Source: Eledone cirrhosa
Taxonomy: Eukaryota
Direction of reading: 5' to 3'
Assembly: GCA_964016885.1 (NCBI GenBank)
Contig: OZ024749.1
Coordinates: 11,470,001-11,534,000 of the forward strand
DNA: 64,000 nt
Positions 23,948-37,633 of this stretch are shown one piece after another (the first letter of the stretch is position 1; each line of letters opens with the position of its first letter). Position numbers and translations under genes: made by a program. The notes under the pieces were generated by a model. The model worked only from the letters and a program-made list of their open reading frames with translations. It did not search any database and was not told the DNA's origin.

Positions 23948-26490
23948 CATCATCATCATCATCATCATCACCGTTTTACGTCCGTTCTTCCACGCTAGCA
24001 TGGGTTAGACGGGTTGTCCTGTTGTGGGCAGTGTCTGGTCGGCTGACCATGCCTTGCTCATACAGGAACTGATCTGGCTTGATTTCTACAGCTGGATGCC
24101 CTTCCTAACACCAACCTCATTTACAGTGAGTGCTGGGTGCTTTTTCGTGGCGCCTACACGTCCACTTTACAGTGTGGGCTGGGTGCTTTTTTGCCGTGGC
24201 ACCTCCACGACCACCTTGCGGTGGGGGGGGGGGGGGGGCATATTGTTTATATGCTTCAGCATGTACCCATGGGAGGTCGGGTACCCTGTATTACTGCGTG
24301 ACGCCAGAAGTCACGGTCGTGTGTCATTGACTTTGAGAGGTGTAGTTGGGTAAGGTCGGCTTTTATCACCTCATCCCAAGTCATCTTGGGTCTCCCCACT
24401 CCGCGGTTTCCATCAACTTCTAGTGCTCTGCACCTTTTTATGCAGCTGTCATCCTTCATACGCATCACATGTCCATACCAGCGTAACCGCCTCTCCTGCA
24501 CGCAGCATTTGATTCCTCTTATGCTCAGTCTCTCTCTCAATTCATTTATGCTTTGTCGTTCACGTATATTACTGTTACACATCCATCGGAGCATGCAGGC
24601 TTCGTTTCTCTCTAATCTACGTAAGTCTTCCACCTTCAGCGCCCAGGTCTCACTACCATGCAACATCGCTGTTCGGATACACGCATCATACAGTCTGCCT
24701 TTCATTCTGAGGGAGAAGCCTTTTGCAGCTAGCAGTGGTAGTAGTTCCCTAAACTTCTTCCATCCCGTTCTTACCCTAGTTATTGTACTTTCTGAGCACC
24801 CACCTCCGTTGCTAATTCGGTCACCTAGGTAGCAGAAGCTGTCTACTGTTTCTACAGGGCCCTCCCAGAGATTGGTGGTACTTGTTTCCTGTGGCTGTTT
24901 GCTTGCTGTTTCAGCACAGCTGCTGCATGTGAATCCTACATTCTTAATTAAGCTTCCTGAGATCCCGCTACATCTCTTGTGTACCCATTGTTTGCATTTG
25001 GGGCAAAGAATGGAGTTCTTACCTACACCTTTCCTACATACTGAGCAAGGCCATTTCCCTGAGGGGATCTGGGTTCTGTTTTCTCGTCTACTTATAAGGA
25101 CCTTAGTCTTTGTCATGTTGACTTTGAGGCCCTTTCTCTCTAGTCCCTGCTTCCAGGTTTGGAATTTATTCTCTAGTTCTACCATAGATTCAGCTATGAG
25201 TGCGAGGTCATCAGCATACAGGAGTTCCCATGGGCATCCGGTCTTAAACTCCTCCGTTATTGCCTGCAGGACTATGATGAACAGGAGAGGGCTAAGAACA
25301 GAGCCCTGGTGGACCCCAACCTGTACGCTAAATTCCTCGCTATACTCATTGCCAATCCTAACTTTGCTGACTGCTCCCCTATACATGGCTTGTACCGCTT
25401 TCACAAGCCATTCATCTACTCCTAGTTTTCTAAGAGCCCACCAGATTACTGCACGTGGAACTCTGTCAAAGGCTTTCTCAAGGTCGACAAATGCCAAGTA
25501 GAGTGGCTTACTTTTAGCTAGGTACTTTTCCTGTAATTGCCTCACAAGGAAGAGCGCATCAGTGGTGCCTTTCCCTGGTACAAACCCAAATTGCATCTCG
25601 TCTATATTCACCCGGTCCCTAATCAGCTGTGCTATAACTCTTTCTGTTACTTTCATGACCTGGTCCATCAACTTTATACCTCTATAGTTTCCTCTATCTA
25701 GTGCATCGCCTTTACCTTTGTAGCAGTTGACAATGATGCTACTGCACCAATCTTTTGGTATGGCCCCCTCTAGTATTACCTGGTTAACAATACGTGTGGT
25801 TATAGTGTGACCTACAGACCCAGATGCCTTCAGCATCTCGGCAGCTATACCCGAAGGACCAGTTGCCTTCCCTATCTTCATATCTCTGATTGCCTTACTT
25901 ACTACGCTGCCGCTGACTTGTACTGCTGGTCCCTCTATAGGGTCTACGTGGGGTAGGGTCTCTTCTTCCCATGCATTCTCCTCATTTAGTAATCTATCAT
26001 AATGACTCTTCCATGCATCTTTCTTCTCAGCACTTGTGAGGGCAAGCTCACCTTTATCATTCCGGATACACTTCTCTCCAATGACATCACAACTATCTCT
26101 GACACACTGCCTCGCAATCTTGAATACCTCCTGTTTCTGGTCCTCACGTTGTAAAACATGCTTGAATTTTCTATCCTCTGCTTCCCTCCTAGCTAAGTAT
26201 ACTTGTCGCCTAGCTTCCCTCTTGGTCTCTATGTAATGTACCCTGCTCCCCCCGTTCTTCCATTCTTTCCATGCCTGTCTCTTGGCCTTGACTGCTTCAT
26301 CTACCTTATTGTTCCACCACCAAGTCACTCTCCTCCTGCTTGAGGTCTTACTCCAGCCACAAACCTCATCCGTCGCCTCTAGTAAGTTATTTTTTAGGAA
26401 CTCCCAGTTCTCTTCTACGTTAAATGTCTCTATCTGTTCTTCTTTACTGTCGTGTATCCAGACTATTAGACCTTTAGAGGATTTGTTCAC
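23948..26490 (-). mobile_element. Young 5'-truncated RTE-clade LINE with uninterrupted 744-aa ORF (RT, PHD-like finger)
   Basis: QFGF, FVDLEKAFD, GVHQGSVLSP, LLYADD and RRLRWYGHV motifs, then 3'UTR and (ATG)n tail. No endonuclease domain. Confidence 0.95.
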
Positions 26491-26671
26491 TTCCCCAGTT
26501 TGCTTGTATGAACATCTCTTCCATAGGTTTTTTGTAAGTGTATGCGCAACAAACAGTTCATAAAAGACATAGCTCGATGATTATATATACATAAGCATTT
26601 TAATTACTGAAAATAAACGAGACAGGTTACTACATCTGTTGCTCCTTGACTTCGTGCCATTATTGTCATTA

Positions 26672-26860
26672 GGGCGGTGAATTGGCAGTATCGGTAGAGG
26701 GTTGGATGCCATGCTTTGATGCATAGAGTTACGGCCCTTGCCATTCTGAGTTCAAATCCCGCCGAGGTTAACTTTGCTTTTCATCCTTACGGGGTCGATA
26801 AAATAAAGTACCAGTAATGCACTGGGTAATTGCTGGCCTTGTGCCAAAAGTAGAAACAAT
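26672..26860 (+). mobile_element. tRNA-derived SINE family B
   Basis: ggcggtgaattggcagtatcgg head and ctgagttcaaatccc B box; similar to the 21994 copy. Confidence 0.78.
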
Positions 26861-27865
26861 TATTGTCATAAAAGGGATGCGTTGAAATGTATCGTTGACC
26901 GCATGGTGCGTTATAGATGCGACAGGCCAATAAAACACTTCTTGTTGGCATGAAAGTCAAAGTCGGAAGAGACAGCCTTCAGCTAATGACATCAGAACTA
27001 AGGGCAGTTAATAGTCTGTTTTTAAAGCCAGACACCAGGTGGCGTCATTTTGCTACAGACCCATCAATTCCATGACACACAAGATTTAGCTTTCCAAACA
27101 CACAACATGTATATATGCATCATCATCATCATATATGGTTGAATCATATACCTGTATCCACAGACATTCTATTACAACCTACACCACTCCCTCCACCTCC
27201 TACACATATGCAATCACGTGTGTGTGTGTGCATAAATGTGTACACATATGCACACCCTCAGGTGTCATACACCACTCCATGGCTGTCGCTCGAGGGTGCA
27301 TGTGTGCTTATATCTCCTTCATGCACGGCATTCTTATATCTCCTGCATGCACGGCATGTTTATATCTCCTGCTTGTTCGCGTAGCACACAGTGCCAGGGC
27401 TGGGGCACCATCTGTGTTGAATGTTTTCTTTTCTTTTCTCTACAACCATTTGCAACTGTTTCTACTTGTGTGTGTTGTGTGTGTATATGTGTACGCAGAA
27501 TTTCACATATATAGGTATACCTCCCTGCATTTGTCAGCTCATGCAGTTACGCACATCCACTCACAGCTTTGCACAGACAAACTAGCAAACCAACACATAC
27601 ATGTCCACTCAAAATATACAAGGATTATCTCCCTTTCAAAAAAGACACTCAGCATTTCCCCAAAATAGCTGACTGAATACATACTTTTTCTCCCTCCTTT
27701 TTCTGTATCTTCCTCTCTATCTTTATATTTCTTCTTTACTATTTCTCATTCTATTTTTTTAATGAAGGACTAGCATCTCAAATGTTAAGTCTTTTCCTAC
27801 TATATCAAGCATTAAACTAATATATTTATATTCTCACTGTACTGTATTGTTTGCTTTATTGTTTT

Positions 27866-27903
<38 letters not shown>

Positions 27904-27914
27904 CATCATCATCA

Positions 27915-28832
27915 TTATCATAATCATTGCTCTATGTCTGCTTTTCCATGCGTGCGTTGGTTGGATGGGTTCTTTCCAGCACAGCATCTCTCCAATTGTC
28001 TCGGTCCTTCTCTGAGATTCAGTGATTTGAGATCAGTTCTGACAACCTCTGGTCTCCTTCTACCACAGCTCCCTTCCACTGGGATGTCTTGACACTTCTT
28101 CACCCAATACTCATCATCCATATGTATCACATGGCTATATTAGTGCAGTTTTCTCTCCTGTCCACTATATCTAATTCCTCTTATATCCAACCTCTCTTTC
28201 AGCTCATCTTTGCTTTGCCTTTCATGTATATTAATATTGCACATCCATCAAAGCATACTCGCTGCATTTCTCTCCAGCTTAGGCATATCTTCCAATTTAC
28301 TGTCCATGTCTCACTACCATACAACTTCACACTTTGTACACACATCATACAACCGGACTTTCTTTTGTAGAGAGAAACCGTTTATTGTCAATTTTTACCA
28401 TCCTGTTCTTACTCTAGCTTTTATGTTCTCGGTGCAGCCTTGTCCACAACAATTTTATCACCTAGGTAACAGTAGCTATTAACTATTTGTATGGAAATTT
28501 CCGGGGATTGGAAAACTTTTATTTTGCTTGTTCTCTTACTCCTACAGAGTTTGCTTTTTCTGATAGTCTACCTATTATACCACTACACCTCTTGTGTACC
28601 CAAGATTTACATTGTGTACATCGTATAGAGTTACTAGCTATTCCATTTGTACATATTGAGCAGAGACACTTTCCTGATAGAATTAGTGTCTTGTCTTTTT
28701 TCCTGCTTACCCGAACTTCAGTTTTTCCAAAATTTACTCTAGGCCTTTTTTGATTCTAAATATTGTTTCCAAAGCCAGAATTTCTTCTCTAGCTCTTCCA
28801 CAGATTTGGCTATAACAACCAGGTTATCGGCA
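27915..28832 (-). mobile_element. Old degenerate RTE LINE fragment
   Basis: Residual RT C-terminal and Cys-rich motifs; (CA)n/(CAT)n at the tail. Confidence 0.8.
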
Positions 28833-28949
28833 CGTATGCTTTTTTGGTAAAGTTTTCTGGTTGGATGCTCTTCCTATCAGCAACTACTTTACAACATGGA
28901 CAGGGTACATTATTGTAGGTGCCCTCAGCAGTAGCGGGGTTGTCTAATA

Positions 28950-29249
28950 CAGAGGTCCCCAACTACCGGGCCGCAGACCGGTACTGGTCCGTAGATCATT
29001 TGCTACCGGGCTGCAAAGAAACAATGAACTTGTTTAAAATTATATTATAGATAAATTGATATTGGACTTTAATTTAAAAAAGATTTGTTTAAATATTCAA
29101 TATTCATATACTCAATACACTTTTTCTTCCCTTTAATAAATTGCTCTCTTTATCGAAATGTACTTAACACATATGTGCACCTACCAGTCCACAGAAAGAC
29201 TGTCAAGCATGAAGCCGGTCTGTGGTATAAAAAAGGTTGGAGATCACTG
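28950..29249. mobile_element. hAT-like (Charlie-type) MITE, 300 bp
   Basis: Terminal inverted repeats cagaggtccccaac / gttggagatcactg; 8-bp target duplication gtctaata / gtctaaca. Confidence 0.8.
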
Positions 29250-29575
29250 GTCTAACAAATTGTCATATCTCAACACCCATCACAACACACTTTTTCTTAC
29301 ACAGGCAAAATTTCAAGGCAGTTTTTTTTATATCTATTTTTTCCACACTAGCAGTTTATCTTACCACTCCAAGTGAGGATGCCATTCTATTGTCTGTAGT
29401 GATTAATAACAATATTTGGTAATATTTTCAGTAACACATAACTGTGTATCGGTTTTAAAAGAGGCACACCATGTCAGTGTGTCGTAAAAAGTGAGAAAAG
29501 AGCAGTAATTTTTGTAACTCAACCTTGTATTGCATAGTTCATCCATTAAGACAGTTGTTCCATTTGTAATTGTAG

Positions 29576-29688
29576 TTGTGGGTGTGCCATCAGATGCTCA
29601 CTCAAAAAGACAGTGTTGTCCGTCACATGGCTGAACATTTTGAAAAGATGATCCACCAGTTGAAACTGGTTTTGCAGCTTTGTCTTCT
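29576..29688 (+). CDS. UBE3C: UBE3C-like exon 5 (LWVCHQMLTQKDSVVRHMAEHFEKMIHQLKLVLQLCL)
   Basis: tgtag| and |gtaagt, 113 nt, phase 0-2, which joins exon 6 correctly. Similar to UBE3C 'IWLYQNLIK...QIKRLMSLCC'. Not in the ORF track. Confidence 0.8.
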
Positions 29689-29804
29689 GTAAGTACTAAC
29701 CCTTATTTTAACAGTTATTTTTAACTTAGGAATTAATCTCAATTATACATGCTGGCATTTCATTAACTGTTACATAATAGTTCTGCAAGTCTGATATTAC
29801 CAAC

Positions 29805-32097
29805 AAAAAAATGAAAGACGTGAGATATTCAGGATTGCAAGGCAATGTGTCAAGGAGAACTGTGATATTGTCGGGGAGACGTGTGTCTGTAATGACGATG
29901 GTGTACTTGCCCTCACTGATAATGATAAGAAGGTAGCTTGGAAGTGTCACTACGAGAGACCATTGAATGTGGAGAATGAATGGAATAAAGATAGTCTGCC
30001 CCACATCAATCCAACAGAAGGACCAGCTGTGCAAGTTAATGGTAGTATAGTAAGTAAGGCAATCAGCGATATGAAGACAGGCAAGGCAGCTGGGCCTTCG
30101 GGGATAGTTGCTGAAATGTTAAAGGTATCTGGAATAGTGGGACCTACTATGGTCACTCAGATAGTAAACCAAGTAATACAGAAAGGGGTCATACCAAATG
30201 ACTGGCAGAGCAACATCATCATTAACTGCTACAAGGGCAAAGGAGATGCCCTGGATAGAGGAAACTATCGGGGTATTAAATTAGTTGACCAAGTCATGTA
30301 AGTCACAGAAAGAGCTATTACTCAAGTGATTAGAGACCAAATTGATCTAGATGAATGCAGTTTGGGTTTGTGCCAGGTAAAAGTACCACGAATGCTCTTT
30401 TCCTTGTACGGCAATTACGGAAGTACGTAGCTAACAGTAAACCCCTCTACTTAGCTTTTGTTGACTTGGAGAAGGTCTTTGACAGAGTCCCCCGCTCCGT
30501 TATCTGGTGGGCTGTTAGAAAACTAGGAGTGGAAGAATTGCTTGTGAGAGCTATACAAGCCATGTATAGAGGAACAGTCAGCAAGGTTAGAATTAATGAT
30601 GAATATAGTGAAGAATTTAGTGTAATAGTAGGGGTTCACCATGTCTCCATGCTTAGACCCCTCCTGTTTATTATTGTCCTACAGGCTATAACAGAAGTGT
30701 TTAAGACCAGCTGCCCATGAGAACTTCTATATGCAGATGATCTAATTCTCATCCATGGCTAAACTAGAGAGAAAGTTCCAAACATGGAAGTATGGCCTAG
30801 AATCAAAAGGCCTTAAAGTTAACTTGTCTAAGATTAAAGTTCTAGTTTGTAGGAAGGAAAATAGGGCACAGGTGCCCTCTGGGAAATGGCCATGCTCAGT
30901 GTGTAGGAAAGGAGTAGGTAGAAATTCCATTTTATGTCCCAAATGCAAACTATGGGTACATAAAAGATGTAGTGGGATCACAGGCAAGCTATCTAAGAAC
31001 GTAGATTTTGTGGTGGATGCTCATGTGCAATAAGTAGCAAGTGCCCACAGGATACTAGCTCCTTCAACTGCCCAGATGGCTCTATAGAAATAGTGGACAC
31101 CTTCCGTTACCTGGGTGACAAAATCAGCAGTGGTGGAGGGTGCTCTGAAAGTGTTGTAGCCAGAGTTAGAACAGGATTGAAAAAGTTCAAGGACCTTATA
31201 CCGCTGTTGGCCACAAAAGGTTTCTCTCTAAAAATGAGAGGCAGATTGTATGATGCCTGTATACGAACAGCAATGTTACATGGCAGTGAGACATGGGCAT
31301 TGCGTGCAGAGGACCTGCGCAGATTGGAAAGGAATGAATCATGCATGCTCTGTTGGATGTGTAATATACATGAACGGTAAAACATAAGTGAACTAAGTGA
31401 GAAATTAGGAATAAGAGGGATCAGATGCAGTTTACTCAAGAGAAGACTATGTTGGTTTGGTCACATGATGCACATGAAAGACGACAGCTTTATAAAAAAA
31501 AGTGCAGGGCGATCAAAATTGATGGAAGTTAGGGAGTAGAAAAACCTGGAAGTTACGGAGAAGGCAGACCCAGAAAAACCTGGGACGACATGATAAAGTC
31601 CGACCTTACACACTAACACCTCTCCAAGACAATGTCACTGGACCGAGATCTCTGGTGCCACGCAGTAAAACAGAAGACTCGCCTTGCCTATGTATAAAGT
31701 TAACCTACAGTCAGTAGGCTCCTCCAAACCAAACATACACCCCAATCCACTACCCCACTCTATCCTCCCACTCCCACCAACACCACCCTTTCTCTATAAA
31801 GTTATGTTGGTCCCACAACATCCAGTCCAAACTAATGAGATCGTGTAGGTGTCACGACAAAACACACAGTCCACGCTGTATTTGGCCGTATAGCTAACAT
31901 AGTAAAAAGCTCCCAGTCCACACTGTAAATGTGGTTGGTGTTAAGAAGGGCATCTAGCCGTAGAAAACCTGCCAGATAGTCCTATACGAGCGAGACACGG
32001 TCACCCGAGCAACCTTGTCTCAAGTGGGACAACTCCCGTCTAACCCATGCTAGCGTGGACGATAGACGTTAAACAATGATGATGATGATGACGACGA
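29805..32097 (+). mobile_element. RTE-clade LINE, 5'-truncated and decayed
   Basis: ORF pieces 29963-31380 with RT motifs, then 3'UTR and (GAT)n tail. Confidence 0.92.
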
Positions 32098-32251
32098 TAA
32101 TGACTGTGTATACCGGTTTTAAAATAGGTGCACTGTATCCCTACATATCTTATTTTTCTCTCCTCCTCAGAGGGTCGTGGGGGAGCAGTGTCCTAAGGCA
32201 CACCTTCCAGACATCCCCTCTAAATTACTGACCTTGTCCTAAAGTAGAAAT

Positions 32252-34270
32252 CATCATCAGCATCATCATCATTTTTACATCCGCTTTTCCCTGCTTGCAA
32301 GGGTGGGACGGGTCCTATTCAGCACAGCATCCCTCCACTTGTCACGGTCCTTTGTCATCTCCTCCATGAGCTTCAGCGATCTGAGGTCTGCTCTCACCAC
32401 CTCCTCCATGTTTTTTGAGGTCTTCCCCTACCGCGTCTTCCTTCTACTGGGATTTTTTGGCACTTCTGTACCCAGCGGTCATCCTCCATGCACATCACAT
32501 GTCCATACCATCTCAGTCTCCTCTCTTGCACACCACAACTTATCCCTCTTATACACAGTTTCTCTCTCAACTCATCTATGCTTGGTCGTTCACGCACATT
32601 GGCATTGTACATCCAACGGAGCATTTCTCTCCAGCCGTCGCATATCCTCTGCAGTTGCTGCCCATGTCTCACTACCATGCAGCATCGTGCATCTCACACA
32701 GGCATCATATAACCAGCCTTTCGTACGCAGGGAGAAACCCTTCTTTGTCAACAGAAGAAGCAGCTCCCTAAACTTCTTCCAACCCGTGCTTATTCTAGAT
32801 ACTATGGCCCCTTCCCATGCTAATCTGATTACCTAGGTACCGGAAGCTATCAACCACTTCTATAGAACCCACCTGCATTTGAAAAAATGTATCTATTACT
32901 GCGATTACTACTGTCAACTTTCTTGTACATCTACTGCATATGTAGTTTTCACTACCTGTTAGTTTGCCTGCTATCCCACTACATCTCTTGTGTACCCAAG
33001 ATCTGCATTGCGTACATTTTATAGAATTTATGCCAGTTCCTTTTCTACATATCGAACATGGCCATTTCCCTGATGGAATCAGAGTTTTGTCCTCTTTTCT
33101 ACTTATCAACATTTTTGTCTTAGCTATATTCACTCTCAGTCCTCTTGATTCCAACTGCTGTTTCCATATCCAGAATTTATTCTCTAGCTCCTCTACTGAT
33201 TCTGCTATAAGAACCAGATTGTTGGCATAGAGAAGTTCCCGTGGACAGCCAGTCTTAAACTCCTCTGTTATGGCTTGGTGGACTATAATGAACAAGAGTG
33301 GGCTGAGGACTGAACCGTGATGTACTCCTACTTGTATCTGGAATTCTTCACTAAACTCCATTCCTACTGTCACTTTATTGACAGCACCTCTGTACATAGC
33401 TTGCACTGTCCTCACAAGCCATTCCTCTACACCTAGTTTCCTTAGGGACCACCAGATGACAGATCGGGGTACCCTATCAAAGGTCTTCTCTAAGTCAACA
33501 AAAGCTAAGTATAGTGGCTTATTCTTCTCTAAGAACCTCTCTTGTAATTGTCTCACCAAGAAGAGGGCATCTGTTGTACTTTTCCCGGGCACAAAACCAA
33601 ACTGCATCTCATCTAATTTGAGCCTTTCTTTAATCAGTTGCGCTAATATTCTTTTTGCCACTTTCATAACCTGATCCATCAGTTTTATGCCACTATAATT
33701 GCTCCTCTCCAGAGCATACCCTTTACCTTTGTAGCAATTTATGAGAATACTGCTGCACCAGTCTTTGGGTATGACACCGCCATATATAGCTTGATTGATG
33801 ATGCGTGCAACCAGTTTAGTTCCTACTTCTCCTGATGTCTTCAGCATCTTAGCAACTATCCCCGATGGTCCAGCAGCCTTACCATTTTTCACTTCCTTAA
33901 TTGCCTCTTGGACCCTATATTCGTCAATCTCAATAGCTGGTCCCCTTGTCAGGTCTACTGGTGGTAATTTCTCTCTCTCCCATTTGTTCTCCACATTCAT
34001 CAGTCTCTCATAATGACATTTCCAGGCCTCTTTTTTTTATCATTCACTAAGTAGACTAAGTAGACCGGCATCATTCCGGACACATTTATCTCCAACAACA
34101 TCCTGATTTGCAATGTGGAACACCGCACGTCTCTGATCTTCCCGTCGCAGAACATTGGCAAACCTCCTACTCTCAGCCTCCCTGCGTGCTAAGTACACCT
34201 GACGTCTAGCTTCTCTCTTAGCGGCTGTGTATCCTTCTCTACTCCCACCATTTTTCCAAGCGTTCCCTGC
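32252..34270 (-). mobile_element. RTE-clade LINE, 5'-truncated and decayed (YADD changed to YANN)
   Basis: 401-aa ORF 32795-34000 with RT motifs; (CAT)n tail at about 32252. Confidence 0.92.
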
Positions 34271-34350
34271 TAGTCTTTCTCCTTCCCCCTTATAGCTGGC
34301 CTTCTGCCAATGTTGAAAGTATTGTTGTTATTGTTATCAATGTTTTTCAG

Positions 34351-34508
34351 GTATCTTATGAAACTGACTCCGTCTCAGTCTCTCACTCTACCAATGAGAA
34401 TGCTGGAAGTATTTACTGCTGCGGACACTTATGCTAATTTATCTCTACCATCGGGCAAAATATGGCCACCGGTTGTTCATAATATATTTGAGTTCTTATG
34501 TAATAAAG
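34351..34508 (+). CDS. UBE3C: UBE3C-like exon 6 (YLMKLTPSQSLTLPMRMLEVFT...FLCNK)
   Basis: tttcag| and G|gtttgt, 158 nt, phase 2-1. Contains the conserved LPMRMLEVF motif. Confidence 0.92.
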
Positions 34509-35385
34509 GTTTGTTTTTTGTTTCATTTTAATTTCAACACATTTTGCACAAGTGCAGGCACGTGTCTTCCTGGTTAGGGTGTTGGATTTATGATCATAAT
34601 GTCATAGATTACTCTACTGTAATCATTTCATCATATTTCTAATGAAATACTGAAATACACTAGATTTGAATGAATTAATGAAGAATTTTGAAGGATTTAC
34701 TAAAATAATTCTTCTTTTTCTTTGCCCACTTACTCCTGGGAGGGTCATGGGTGTAGACTCCTCAAGCATGCTTTCCAGCAGGTTCTGTCAGAATCATTCA
34801 TCTGATCCAGCAAGACCGTCCAAGCCCATGGATGTTATCCAACCATCTTCCACGGGGTCTTTCTAACATAGTTAATCAAAAGGTTTTTATATTAAAAATT
34901 TAAATTTAAATAGAAACATTTTAAAATGAATTGTTTCACTTCTGTAGAACCAGAGGCAGTTTTTGGCAGGTTGATATCAAAAGGGTTAAAACACTCAAGA
35001 AACCTCTCATGAGATGCAATATCGTAAGAGGCCAGCTAAACCAGCATAGCCGTATGGTGTAATTTTCATTTCATCATCATCATCTTTTAACATCTATTTT
35101 CTATGCTTGGATGGATTAGATTGGTTGTCATAAGGCTTGACTAGTCAGAGGACCAAACTGTTTGAACCCATGCCTACTTCTATGATATAAAGCTGTTTAT
35201 TTTAAAATGTATTTATCTAAAAACAATCAATCATAATTTTATGTTAAAACCTTTATTAAGTTATGTTCCAAAAACCATAAAGTTTCTTATATTACTGAAC
35301 CACTCCAAAATTTTGATTATTTGAAAACTATAGGCAGAAATATGGTAATGAAAGGGTTAATAATATTTTCCTTTTTCTCCTGTAG

Positions 35386-35539
35386 GGTATTTTAAAAGCC
35401 TGCGTGTTTTGCTGAATCTTAAAGTACCGTCCTCTATAGAAAGGTGTCACTCTGCACGTATACCTATTGCTGAATCTATATTTGATCTCATCATGAAACC
35501 TGTGAATATTGCTGTAGCATCTGGAGACAAAGCTTTCTG
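35386..35539 (+). CDS. UBE3C: UBE3C-like exon 7 (GYFKSLRVLLNLKVPSSIERCHSARIPIAESIFDLIMKPV...)
   Basis: ctcctgtag| and TG|gtatgt, 154 nt, phase 1-2. Matches UBE3C 'GYYRSLYLLINSKLPSSIE...RVPIA'. Confidence 0.9.
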
Positions 35540-35665
35540 GTATGTTATTTCATCATCTCTTTTGTTGTCTTAAAGTCCTCTACCACACAAAATCACGTTA
35601 GAAAAGAGATTTACGAAAAATCAATAACACCTCTATGACTACATCATACTGAAAATTAAAGTGGT

Positions 35666-37633
35666 TGTGATCATGTCTCTGTTCTCCCACTACAGCACTG
35701 GTATATTGTCTGATGTGATCATGTCTCTTTTCTCCCACTACAGCACTGGTATATTGTCTGATGTGATCATGTCTCTGTTCTCCCACTACAGCACTGGTAT
35801 ATTGTCTGATGTGATCATGTCTCTTTTCTCCCACTACATCACTGGTATATTGTCTGATGTGATCATGTCTCTTTTCTCCCACTACAGCACTGGTGTATTG
35901 TCTGATGTGATCATGTCTCTTTTCTACCACTACAGCACTGGTATATTGTCTGATGTGATCATGTCTCTTTTCTCCCACTACAGCACTGGTATATTGTCTG
36001 ATGTGATCATGTCTCTTTTCTCCCACTACAGCACTGGTGTATTGTCTGATGTGATCATGTCTCTTTTCTCCCACAACAGCACTGGTATATTGTCTGATGT
36101 GATCATGTCTCTTTTCTCCCACTACAGCACTGGTATATTGTCTGATGTGATCATGTCTCTTTTCTCCCTCTACAGTACTGGTATATTGTCTGATGTGATC
36201 ATGTCTCTTTTCTCCCACTACAGCACTGGTATATTGTCTGATGTGATCATGTCTCTTTTCTCTCACTACAGCACTGGTATATTGTCTGATGTGATCATGT
36301 CTCTTTTCTCCCACTACAGTACTGGTATATTGTCTGATGTGATCATGTCTCTTTTCCCCCTCTACAGCACTGGTGTATTGTCTGATGTGATCATGTCTCT
36401 TTTCTCCCTCTACAGCACTGGTATATTGTCTGATGTGATCATGTCTCTTTTCTCCCACTACAGCACTGGTGTATTGTCTGATGTGATCATGTCTCTTTTC
36501 TCCCACTACAGCACTGGTGTATTGTCTGATGTGATCATGTCTCTTTTCTCCCTCTACAGCACTGGTGTATTGTCTGATGTGATCATGTCTCTTTTCTCCC
36601 ACTACAGCACTGGTGTATTGTCTGATGTGATCATGTCTCTTTTCTCCCACTACAGCACTGGATTATTGTCTGATGTGATCATGTCTCTTTTCTCCCACTA
36701 CAGTACTGGTGTATTGTCTGATGTGATCATGTCTCTTTTCTCCCACTACAGCACTGGTGTATTGTCTGATGTGATCATGTCTCTTTTCTCCCACTACAGC
36801 ACTGGTGTATTGTCTGATGTGATCATGTCTCTTTTATCCCACTACAGTACTGGTATATTGTCTGATGTGATCATGTCTCTTTTCTCCCACTACAGCACTG
36901 GTGTATTGTCTGATGTGATCATTTCTCTTTTCTCCCACTACAGTACTGGTATATTGTCTGATGTGATCATGTCTCTTTTCTTCCACTACAGCACTGGTAT
37001 ATTGTCTGATGTGATCATGTCTCTTTTCTCCCACTACAGCACTGGTATATTGTCTGATGTGATCATGTCTCTTTTCTCCCACTACAGCACTGGTATATTG
37101 TCTGATGTGATCATGTCTCTTTTCTCCCACTACAGCACTGGTATATTGTCTGATGTGATCATGTCTCTTTTCTCCCACTACAGCACTGGTATATTGTCTG
37201 ATGTGATCATGTCTCTTTTATCCCACTACAGTACTGGTATATTGTCTGATGTGATCATGTCTCTTTTCTCCCACTACAGCACTGGTATATTGTCTGATGT
37301 GATCATGTCTCTTTTATCCCACTACAGTACTGGTATATTGTCTGATGTGATCATGTCTCTTTTCTCCCACTACAGCACTGGTGTATTGTCTGATGTGATC
37401 ATGTCTCTTTTCTCCCACTACAGTACTGGTATATTGTCTGATGTGATCATGTCTCTTTTCTTCCACTACAGCACTGGTATATTGTCTGATGTGATCATGT
37501 CTCTTTTCTCCCACTACAGCACTGGTGTATTGTCTGATGTGATCATGTCTCTTTTCTCCCACTACAGCACTGGTATATTGTCTGATGTGATCATGTCTCT
37601 TTTCTCCCACTACAGCACTGGTGTATTGTCTGA
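35666..37633 (+). repeat. 48-bp tandem array (41 units) spanning the intron 7 / exon 8 splice acceptor
   Basis: Unit tgtgatcatgtctcttttctcccactacag|cactggtatattgtctga. First AG ends at 35695 and last at 37615, exactly 40 x 48 bp apart. Confidence 0.97.

Noticed and set aside
35696-35706. Microexon or recursive site (cag|cactg|gtatat) in each 48-bp unit
   Set aside because: The donor is weak and absent in ggtgta units, and a 5-nt exon would shift the frame. Unsupported without RNA data.
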